Shown here: positions 27,993 through 38,962 of the stretch, piece by piece | Layout: every line of letters begins with the position of its first letter | Numbering within the stretch: position 1 is the stretch's first letter | NCBI GenBank assembly: GCA_044229975.1 | Contig: JBGARZ010000019.1 | Coordinates: forward strand, 53,205-117,204 | DNA length: 64,000 nucleotides | Reading direction: 5' to 3' | Source of the DNA: Polyangiales bacterium | Lineage (GTDB): Bacteria > Myxococcota_A > Polyangia > Polyangiales > Ga0077539 | Translations under genes and position numbers: made by a program | Notes under the pieces: generated by a model | What the model saw: the letters and a program-made list of their open reading frames with translations, nothing else | Databases searched by the model: none | What the model was told of the DNA's origin: nothing

Positions 27993-29186
27993 ATGAACCT
28001 GTCCTTCCCCACGCTGGCGCGGATCATCGATCCGTTGCCCGTCGAGGTGTTCTTCCGCGACCACTGGGAGCGCGCCCCGCTGGTGCTCCATCGCGAACGC
28101 CCGCGCGCCTTCGAGGGGCTGCTCTCGCTGGGTGACATCGATCGCTACCTCGGCACCAACGACGTGCACCACCCGTCGGTGTCGCTCGTCGACCACCGCC
28201 GCAAGATCGCCCCCGAGGAGTACGCGTACCCGAGCGGCCTCGTGGACGCGGTGAAGCTCTTCAAGCTCTACGAGGCGGGCGCCACGATGGTGTTCGCGCA
28301 GCTCGAAGGGAATCACCAGCCGCTGTTCGAGTGTGTGCGCGCGCTGGAGCACGAGTTCAGCACGCGCTTCCAGGCCAACATCTACCTCACGCCGGGCAAC
28401 GCCCAGGGCTTCCATCCCCACTACGACAGCCACGACGTCCTCGTGGTGCAGGTCGAGGGAACCAAGCACTGGATGCTCTACGACCAGGTCATCGACACGC
28501 CCCTGCGCCGCCAGGAGTTCGACCCGAAGGAGACGGTCTGCGGGCCGCTGTCGCAGGAGTTCGACCTTCACCCTGGTGATGTCCTCTACATCCCGCGCGG
28601 CCTGATGCACGACGCGCGCACCGCCGACGGCGACGGCCACTCGCTGCACGTCACCTTCGGCGCGCTCTTCACGTCTTGGACGGAGCTCATGGCCGAGGCC
28701 CTCGGCCGCTGGGCCCTCACTGACGTGCACGGTCGACGCAGCCTCCCGGCGGGCTTCGCGCGCGACGGCTTCGACGCAGCGGGCGCGCGGTCGTACTTCG
28801 TGGAGGCGCTCAAGCGCTTCACGGCGGCCGCCGAAGCAGACGCCGACGGTGTGCTCGAACACTTCGCCCGCGACCTCGTCGACACCCGACACCCGCGACT
28901 GCCGGGGCAGTTCTCACAGCTCGCGGGCCTCGGCGCGCTCACGGCCGACCGACCCGTCGGCGTTCGCCCCGGTGTGGTGCTGCGTGTCGATGACGACGGT
29001 GATCGCGTGATCCTCGCCGCCTACGGAACCGAGCTCGCCTTCCCGTCGCACGTCGCCGCGGCGCTGCGCTTCGCGGTGACCCACGAGCGCTACACCGCGC
29101 GCGACCTCCCGGGGCCGCTCGATGAGGAGGGGCGCCTCGTGCTGGTGCGTCGGCTCATCCGCGAGGGCGTGCTCCAGGCGCTCTGA
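27993..29186 (+). CDS. JmjC/cupin-4 family Fe(II)/2-oxoglutarate oxygenase (RoxA/YcfD-like)
   Basis: FFRDHWERAPLVL at the N-terminus. Metal-binding region GFHPHYDSHDVLVVQVEGTKHWMLY. Confidence 0.8.
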   Translation: MNLSFPTLARIIDPLPVEVFFRDHWERAPLVLHRERPRAFEGLLSLGDIDRYLGTNDVHHPSVSLVDHRRKIAPEEYAYPSGLVDAVKLFKLYEAGATMVFAQLEGNHQPLFECVRALEHEFSTRFQANIYLTPGNAQGFHPHYDSHDVLVVQVEGTKHWMLYDQVIDTPLRRQEFDPKETVCGPLSQEFDLHPGDVLYIPRGLMHDARTADGDGHSLHVTFGALFTSWTELMAEALGRWALTDVHGRRSLPAGFARDGFDAAGARSYFVEALKRFTAAAEADADGVLEHFARDLVDTRHPRLPGQFSQLAGLGALTADRPVGVRPGVVLRVDDDGDRVILAAYGTELAFPSHVAAALRFAVTHERYTARDLPGPLDEEGRLVLVRRLIREGVLQAL

Positions 29187-30110
29187 CTACAGCCCGCGCA
29201 CGCAGCGAAACCCCACGTCCACCCGCGCCTCCAGCGCGTTGATCGCCTCCCGCGCGAAGCCGCTCGCGTCGGCCTCCGCCGTGCGGAAGGACCCGCCTCG
29301 CGTCCAGCGCGCGTCACCCTCGGTGGGTCCCGTCGGGTCGCGGTCGATGCCCGTCACGGCGGTGAGCGAGCCTTCGCGATCGTTCACCCACTCGGCGACG
29401 TTGCCCACCAGGTCGAGAACACCCTCGGGCGAGGCGCCGGTGGGGAGCGTTCCGGCGAGGCGCGTGGTGTCGCCGCAGCCCGAGGTGTGCGCGCGGGCGC
29501 AGGTCGGGGGGAGGGTTCCCCAGGGTGAGCGACGGCCCTCGATGCCGCGGGCGGCGAGGGACCACTCGGCGTCGGTGGGCAGGCGCCCTCCCGCGAAGGT
29601 GCAATAGGCCGCGGCCTGGGCGTGCGTGACGTTGACGACGGGCGCCGTGGGGCGGGTCATCGCGGCGAGCGGGTCGGTGAGGGCGGGGCAGCGGTTCGCG
29701 GCGACGCACGCGCGCCAGCGGGCGACGGTCACCTCGGTGCGATCGATGGCGAAGGTGCCGACGGACACCCAGCGACCGCCGAGCCGCCAGGTGGCGCCCG
29801 CGACCAGGGCCATGCCGATGGGGACCCGGGCGCGCTGGGCTGCGGTCGGGACGACCGTGTGCGAGCTGAGGCCCGCGACGTCGGCGGGGTCGGCGGCGCG
29901 TGCGTCCGTGACGGCGGCATCGGCGCGGGGGGCGGGCTGCGACCACGCGTTGGTGCAGCCGACGGCGAAGTGGAGGAGCGCGACGACTCCGACGGCTGGG
30001 CAGGAACGCACCGCGGCGGACCATACGCCACGGCCCGGCTGGAAACGTAGCGGCGTGGGCCCCCTTGCGGCGGATGGGTGGGTGGGTGCATCGTCGGGGA
30101 CAACACCCAC
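29187..30110 (-). CDS. Formylglycine-generating-enzyme (SUMF1/FGE) family protein
   Basis: VNVTHAQAAAYCTFAGGRLPTDAEWSLAARG, GVLDLVGNVAEWVND and RGGSF...VGFRCV. The alternative GTG 30011 gives the signal VRSCPAVGVVALLHFAVGC. Its stop abuts the JmjC gene stop with 0 nt between. Confidence 0.8.
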   Translation of the reverse strand: MGVVPDDAPTHPSAARGPTPLRFQPGRGVWSAAVRSCPAVGVVALLHFAVGCTNAWSQPAPRADAAVTDARAADPADVAGLSSHTVVPTAAQRARVPIGMALVAGATWRLGGRWVSVGTFAIDRTEVTVARWRACVAANRCPALTDPLAAMTRPTAPVVNVTHAQAAAYCTFAGGRLPTDAEWSLAARGIEGRRSPWGTLPPTCARAHTSGCGDTTRLAGTLPTGASPEGVLDLVGNVAEWVNDREGSLTAVTGIDRDPTGPTEGDARWTRGGSFRTAEADASGFAREAINALEARVDVGFRCVRGL

Positions 30111-30152
30111 CCGGTGGTGGTGGTGGGTGCCGGGCAGATCGGGAGGGCACTC

Positions 30153-30578
30153 ATGGCCAACGACCGGACTCGTCGAGCGACATCGCAGATCACGGTGAGT
30201 CGACCGTCCCCGCGGGTACTAGAGCTCCGATCCGAGGGGTACATCACCCGCTTCGAGCTGGTGGCTGCGCTGGCCGAGGCCGAGCAGATCCTCGCGGAGT
30301 TTCCCGACGTCGACGCGATGCTCTGGAACACCCTCCACCACGACGGCCACGAGCCCGGCAACACCAACCTCGGGGTGGCCTTCCATCGCCAGCACGTGGG
30401 GCGCTTTCAGCGCGCGGTGATTCTCACCCACAGCGCCCCGATGGCCGCCCTCAGCAACATCGCGCGGGTGCTGATTCCGTCGCTCACCGTGAGTGTTTTC
30501 GCCCGTCGCGAAGACGCGCTCGCCTGGCTCACGCGCGGCCACAGCCAGCACGGCGGCAAGCGCACCCGCGCCGCGTAG
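30153..30578 (+). CDS. Hypothetical protein (STAS/SpoIIAA-like fold suspected)
   Basis: ATG 30153 six nt after GGGAGGG. 141 aa with coding-like composition and no diagnostic motif. Confidence 0.4.
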   Translation: MANDRTRRATSQITVSRPSPRVLELRSEGYITRFELVAALAEAEQILAEFPDVDAMLWNTLHHDGHEPGNTNLGVAFHRQHVGRFQRAVILTHSAPMAALSNIARVLIPSLTVSVFARREDALAWLTRGHSQHGGKRTRAA

Positions 30579-30601
30579 TCACCCGCTCGCGCGGAGGGGC
30601 G

Positions 30602-30958
30602 TCAGTGCTCGACCGACCCGCCGCCACCGCTGCCACCGCCCTGCGGCGTCGCGGGGATGACCGTCACCGGGAACGTCATCGGGAGCTGCGAGATGTCGCG
30701 GCCGATGATGCGGGTGCGCCCCACGGCGATGCCCGTCACCCGCGCGTGGCCGTCGGGGAGCACCACCATCGTCGCGATGGAGTGGTCTTCGGTGTCGATG
30801 ATCTGCGGGAGCCGCGGGAGCATGTAGTTGACGCTCTCGCCGACGCGAACCTCGACGCCGCCTGCGGTCTGCGCCGCCGCCGGACCGGTGGAGAGACCGA
30901 GCGCGACGCACGCGGCGAGGCCGAGCGCGCGGAGGAAGGACGATCGACGAAACAACAT
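30602..30958 (-). CDS. Small secreted protein, pilus-assembly N-terminal (T2SS/T3SS pil_N)-like domain
   Basis: Signal MLFRRSSFLRALGLAACVALGLSTGPAAAQ. Pattern VGESVNYMLP...IATMVVLPDGHARVTGIAVGRTRIIG. Gly-rich tail. Confidence 0.5.
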   Translation of the reverse strand: MLFRRSSFLRALGLAACVALGLSTGPAAAQTAGGVEVRVGESVNYMLPRLPQIIDTEDHSIATMVVLPDGHARVTGIAVGRTRIIGRDISQLPMTFPVTVIPATPQGGGSGGGGSVEH

Positions 30959-31089
30959 GGCGTGACTCCTGTGCAGGGCTCTGTACCACCGGGCGCGGGT
31001 CGTGGCTCGCTTCCGACCAACGGCCCCTTTCGCTGCGGTGTGCGCGGCGCATTGACAGTTGGTGCCGACCTCCCGATAGCAGTGGCCCC

Positions 31090-32058
31090 ATGAGATTCAC
31101 CTCCACCGCTCTCATCACGCTCCTGCTCGCGTCAGGCTGCGGCGCCAGCCGCCCCGCGACGCCCCCACAGACCGCAGCGACGGTCGCCACGCCCGTGGCC
31201 TTCGGCTCGCTCGACGCCGCCCTCGCGGGCTCGCAGCGCTCGGCCGCCGACCGCGCGCGCGATCAGTACCGCCACCCGCGAGAGACGCTCACCTTCCTGG
31301 GCATCCAGCCGGGGCAGACGGTTGTCGAGCTCGGTCCGGGCGGCGGCTGGTACACGGCCATCCTCGCGCCGCTGCTCCACGACTCCGGGCAGCTCGTCGC
31401 CGCGGCGCCGTCCGCGACCGGATCACGCGCCCAGTACAACCGGCGCTTCATGGACTTCCTCGCCACGCGCCCCGACCTCTACGGCAACGTGCGCGTCGCC
31501 TCCCTCGACCCGCCCGCCAGCGAGCTCGGCCCCGACGCGTCGGCCGACGCGGTGCTCAGCTTCCGCAACATCCACGGCTGGATCAATGACCACGCGGCCG
31601 AGCAGGTCTTCGCGGCGATCTTCCGCGTGCTGAAGCCGGGCGGCGTGTTCGGCGTCGAGGAGCACCGCGCGGCGACCGGCGCCGACCCCGCGGTGACCTC
31701 GCGTCAGGGCTACGTTCCCGAGGCGTACGTCATCCAGCTCGCGACGGCGGCGGGCCTCGTGCTCGAAGAGCAGTCGGAGATCAACGCCAACCCGCGCGAC
31801 ACCCGCGACTACCCCGAGGGCGTGTGGTCGCTGCCGCCGACGCTGCGCCAGGGCGACACCGACCGCGCGCGCTACCTCGCCATCGGCGAGAGCGACCGGA
31901 TGACCCTCCGCTTCCGCAAGCCCGCCACCCCGCCGCCGGCCCCGGCCCCTGCCGTGGCCGAGCCCGCTCCGCCGGCAGCTCCGGCGCCCGCCGCTGCGCC
32001 TGCCGCCCCGGCGCGGGCCCCGGCGCGAACCCCCGCGCGCCCGGCCCCGCGGCGCTGA
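31090..32058 (+). CDS. Class I SAM-dependent methyltransferase-fold lipoprotein with Pro/Ala-rich tail
   Basis: Lipobox LLLASGC. SAM motif I VVELGPGGGWYT and motif post-I/II VLKPGGVFGVEEH. C-terminal PPPAPAPAVAEPAPPAAPAPAAAP. Confidence 0.75.
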   Translation: MRFTSTALITLLLASGCGASRPATPPQTAATVATPVAFGSLDAALAGSQRSAADRARDQYRHPRETLTFLGIQPGQTVVELGPGGGWYTAILAPLLHDSGQLVAAAPSATGSRAQYNRRFMDFLATRPDLYGNVRVASLDPPASELGPDASADAVLSFRNIHGWINDHAAEQVFAAIFRVLKPGGVFGVEEHRAATGADPAVTSRQGYVPEAYVIQLATAAGLVLEEQSEINANPRDTRDYPEGVWSLPPTLRQGDTDRARYLAIGESDRMTLRFRKPATPPPAPAPAVAEPAPPAAPAPAAAPAAPARAPARTPARPAPRR

Positions 32059-32098
32059 TGCGCTGGCGACGCGCCCCGTTGTTGGGCATCGTCGCCTC

Positions 32099-33889
32099 GT
32101 GAACCCCTCCCGCTCCGTCGTCCTCGCGCTCTGCCTCGTCGCCTGCGGCTCCGCCCGCACCGTCGCGAGCAACCCCACCACGCCCCCCGCCGTCGCTCCC
32201 GCCGTGTCGCTGCTCGCGCCCGGCCCGGCAGCGACCTACGCCCGCTTCGCCGTCGCCACCGACCACCCCGAGGCCTCGGCCGCGGGCGCCGAGGTGCTCG
32301 CCGCCGGGGGGACCGCCGCCGACGCCGCCGCCGCCGCCATGCTCGCGCTCGGCGTCGCCGGGCCCGCGTCGAGCGGACTCGGTGGTGGCGGGTTTGCCCT
32401 CTACTACCGGGCGAGCGATCACAGCGTGACCTTCCTGGACTTCCGCGAGACGGCGCCCGCGGCGGCGACGGCGGCGATGCTCAACCCGCCGCCCGCACCG
32501 GCCGGGGCAGGGGACGCGGGCGCGGCGCCGACCCGGGCCGCGGGCCTCGCGGTGGGCATCCTCGGTGAGCCGCGGGGCATCGAGGAGATGCTGCGACGCT
32601 TCGGCACCATCGGCCGTGAGCGGGTCGTCGCACCCGCGATACGACTCGCCGAGGAGGGCTTCACCCCGAGCGAATACGTCGCCTCGTATTCGCAGCGCTT
32701 CGCGGCGGTGCTCCGGCGCGACGCGCTCGGCCGCACCTGGCTGCCGGAGGGGTCCGACGCCATCCGCGCGGGGGTTCCGCTGCGCAACCCGATGCTCGCG
32801 CAGACGCTCCGCAGCTTCGCCGCGCAGGGCGCGCAGGTGTTCTACGAGGGGGCGCTCGCGGAGGAGATCGTCCGCGCGACGCGGGCCATCGGCGGCGTGA
32901 TGACGGCCGACGACCTGCGGGGCTATCGCGTGGTCGAGCGGCAGCCGCTCTCGGCCGAGCGCTACGGGCACCGCTGGGTCACCGCTCCGCCGGAGAGCGC
33001 GGGCGGGTACACGCTGCTCACGAGCCTCGGGCTGCTCGAACGCTGGCTGCCCTCAGGCGGTGCGCGTCCCTCCGAGGTCGACGCGCTGCACGCGATGGCC
33101 GAGTCGTGGCGAGCGCCCTTCATCGATCGGGCGCGGTACTTCGGTGACCCGGATTTCGTGCGCGTCCCGATGGCGGCGTTGATGGCGCCTGAGCGGCTCG
33201 CGACGCGCGCGGCCCTCTTCGACGCGGCGCACTCGCGTCCGTCCCGCGACTACGACCAGCCCCTGCCCGATGGACCCTCCGCGGCCCTCGCCCCGGTGCC
33301 CGTCGGCTCTGGGACCTCGCACATCTGCGTCGTCGACGCCGAGGGCAACGTCGCGAGCGTCACCACCACCATCAACATCCCCTTCGGCGCGGGCGTGAGC
33401 GTCGGCGGCTTCTGGCTCAACAACGAGCTCGATGACTTCACCGTCCCACCCGCGCCCGGCGCGCCCGCCCCCGCGCTCCCAACCGGAACCTTCAACCAGC
33501 CCGCGGCCGGTCGCCGTCCGGTGTCGACCATGACCCCGACCATCGTCTTCCGCGGCGCCGACCCCGTGCTGTGTGTCGGCGGCAGCGGCGGAACCCGCAT
33601 CGTCACCTCGGTGGTGCAGGCCGCGTGGCGCGCCATCGTCCTCAATGACGCCGTGGCCGAGGCCGTGGCGCACCCGCGCGTCCATCAAGCCGCACAGCCC
33701 GACGTGCTGTCCACCGAGGCCGCGCTCGATGCCGCCGTCGTCGAGGGGCTGCGGACACGCGGCCACCAGACCGACCCGCTCCGCTTCGGCGCCGTGGTGC
33801 AGGCCATCCGTATCACCCGCGGCGCCGACGGCGTGCGCCTCGACGCGGCGAGTGATCCGCGCAAGGGCGGCCGCCCCGCGGGGAGGTAG
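32099..33889 (+). CDS. ggt: Gamma-glutamyltransferase
   Basis: GTG 32099 with lipobox LCLVACGS. PASSGLGGGGFALYY. Autoprocessing/nucleophile site GSGTSHICVVDAEGNVASVTTTIN. Confidence 0.9.
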   Translation: MNPSRSVVLALCLVACGSARTVASNPTTPPAVAPAVSLLAPGPAATYARFAVATDHPEASAAGAEVLAAGGTAADAAAAAMLALGVAGPASSGLGGGGFALYYRASDHSVTFLDFRETAPAAATAAMLNPPPAPAGAGDAGAAPTRAAGLAVGILGEPRGIEEMLRRFGTIGRERVVAPAIRLAEEGFTPSEYVASYSQRFAAVLRRDALGRTWLPEGSDAIRAGVPLRNPMLAQTLRSFAAQGAQVFYEGALAEEIVRATRAIGGVMTADDLRGYRVVERQPLSAERYGHRWVTAPPESAGGYTLLTSLGLLERWLPSGGARPSEVDALHAMAESWRAPFIDRARYFGDPDFVRVPMAALMAPERLATRAALFDAAHSRPSRDYDQPLPDGPSAALAPVPVGSGTSHICVVDAEGNVASVTTTINIPFGAGVSVGGFWLNNELDDFTVPPAPGAPAPALPTGTFNQPAAGRRPVSTMTPTIVFRGADPVLCVGGSGGTRIVTSVVQAAWRAIVLNDAVAEAVAHPRVHQAAQPDVLSTEAALDAAVVEGLRTRGHQTDPLRFGAVVQAIRITRGADGVRLDAASDPRKGGRPAGR

Positions 33890-34050
33890 CGTCACCCACC
33901 CGTCACGCGCGCCTCACGCCGATGAGCGCGCAGCGTCGACGTCTTGTCGCGATCGCGCCGCGAGACGCTCACTTCGCAACGGTAGTCCTGTCGCCGCGCA
34001 ACGAGACCGGCTCATCGGTCAGTCCAAGCGGGGCGCAGACAGGTACTGCC

Positions 34051-34803
34051 ATGCACCGTTTCTCACTGATCAAGCTGTTCACCTCGTTCGCGATGCTCGG
34101 CGCCGAGTGGGTCATGTGGGTGCTCATCGCGCTGTCGTTCGTGACCGTATCAATCATGATCGAGCGGGCCCGGTACTACCGCTCGCTCAACGATGACCTC
34201 GACACCCTCGCGACCAACTTCGACGCCCACCTCCGCAAGGGCGACCTCACCGCCGCCTCCAAGCTCCTGCGCGCGTCGTCGTCACCCGCCGCGCTCGTCG
34301 CGCTCGCTGGGCTGCGCGAGGTCGCTCGTGGCGCCGACGCCGCCGAGTGCGTGATGGCCGGCACCCTGGCCCGCGTCCGCCGCGAGCTCGAACGTCGCCT
34401 CGCCTTCCTCAACACCGTCGGCAACAACGCCCCCTTCGTCGGGCTCTTCGGCACCGTCATCGGGATCATCCAGGCCTTCGACGCCCTCAAGCCGCCCGCC
34501 GGTCTGCGCGGTGCCGCCGCTGCGGCCGCCGCCGCCGCCAACACCGGCCGCGTGATGGGAACCATCGCCGAAGCCCTCGTCGCCACGGCCATCGGGCTGC
34601 TCGTCGCGATTCCCTCGGTGGCCGCGTACAACCTCTTCCAACGCCGCATCAAGTCGATGCTCACGGACACCGAGGCGCTCACCCAGCTCGTGCTGGCCTA
34701 CGCGCACGCGCCCATCGCACCGGCCGCCTCGGCGGTCGCCCCGGCGCCGCTCACCAACGGCCACGCCGTCGCCGCCACCTCCACCTCCGCGCAGGCGAGC
34801 TGA
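34051..34803 (+). CDS. exbB: MotA/TolQ/ExbB proton-channel protein
   Basis: ATG 34051 (MHRFSLIKLF...). Conserved LNTVGNNAPFVGLFGTVIGII and AEALVATAIGLLVAIPSVAAYN. Confidence 0.85.
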   Translation: MHRFSLIKLFTSFAMLGAEWVMWVLIALSFVTVSIMIERARYYRSLNDDLDTLATNFDAHLRKGDLTAASKLLRASSSPAALVALAGLREVARGADAAECVMAGTLARVRRELERRLAFLNTVGNNAPFVGLFGTVIGIIQAFDALKPPAGLRGAAAAAAAAANTGRVMGTIAEALVATAIGLLVAIPSVAAYNLFQRRIKSMLTDTEALTQLVLAYAHAPIAPAASAVAPAPLTNGHAVAATSTSAQAS

Positions 34804-34807
34804 GACC

Positions 34808-35226
<419 letters not shown>

Positions 35227-35230
<4 letters not shown>

Positions 35231-36033
35231 ACGCCCCCGCCCCCATCGACGACGCCGACGAACTCGCCGGGAGCTCCGTCTTCCGCAAGCCGCCGGGGCG
35301 TGTGTGGGTCGTCTCCTTCGCGGCCCACGCGGCGGTCTTCGCCGTGCTCGGCGTCGTCGGAACCTTCATCGGCGTGAAGACCGGCTTCATCCCGCCGACC
35401 ATCATCGAGCTCGAAGCGCCGCCCCCGCCGCGCCGCCCGCTGCCGCCGCCCGTCGCGCCACCGCCGCGCCCCACGGCGCCAGAGGCCACGGCGCCCCGCG
35501 CCCCGCGTCCTGCCAACCGTCCCGCCAACAACGCCGCGCGCCCCGGTCGCGCCGCCGCGCCGCACGTGCTCGCCGCGCAGGGCAACGGCCCCGGCAACGG
35601 CGACGAGATGCCCGTCGGTGACAACAACGACTTCCAGGGCGGCGTCGTCGGCAACGGTGGCGGTGGCGCCGTGGAGACTCCGCGGCCTGCGCCCGAACCC
35701 GAGCCCGAGCCATCGGTACACGCCGGGACGGGTCGTCGTGGCCCCGTACAGATTCCGGAGGAGGCCGTACCACCGGTCGCGGTCGATCGACCGATGCCGG
35801 CGTACCCCGAAGGTGCGCGGCGCAGCGGGGTGCAGGCCGAGGTCGTCGCCCGCGTGGTCGTCGACGAGGACGGCTCCGTGAGCGCGGTGGAGATCCTCCG
35901 CGGGCACCCCGACTTCGACACCCTCGTGCGCGAGGTGCTGCGTCGCTGGCGCTTCCAGCCGGCCACCATCGATGGCCACGCGCTCGCCGTCTACCAGATC
36001 GTCCGTGTCCCCTTCCGCCTCGAAAACCTCTGA
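35227..36033 (+). CDS. tonB: TonB-family energy transducer
   Basis: GTG 35227 overlaps the exbD stop (GTGA). TM segment, Pro-rich spacer PPPPRRPLPPPVAPPPRP, TonB_C block YPEGARRSGVQAEVVARVVVDEDGSV. Confidence 0.8.
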
Positions 36034-36045
36034 CGGAAGTCCCTC

Positions 36046-38817
<2,772 letters not shown>

Positions 38818-38962
38818 CGGGTCACCCCGTTGACACCAAACACCTCGATATCGGGACACGATGTTCGCGGGGTTGTCATAAGAGCCTGAGAGATTCCTCC
38901 CCGCAATCCAGCAACGACTCCGTTCAACGATGAGCGGAGCCCTTCGAGGAGGCTAGATCATC

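Noticed and set aside
38829-38834. TTGACA in the lower-GC gap before the beta-helix lipoprotein gene, considered as a -35 box.
   Set aside because: No convincing -10 hexamer lies at 16 to 18 nt spacing (only gatatc/tatcgg-like strings), so a promoter call would be a guess.
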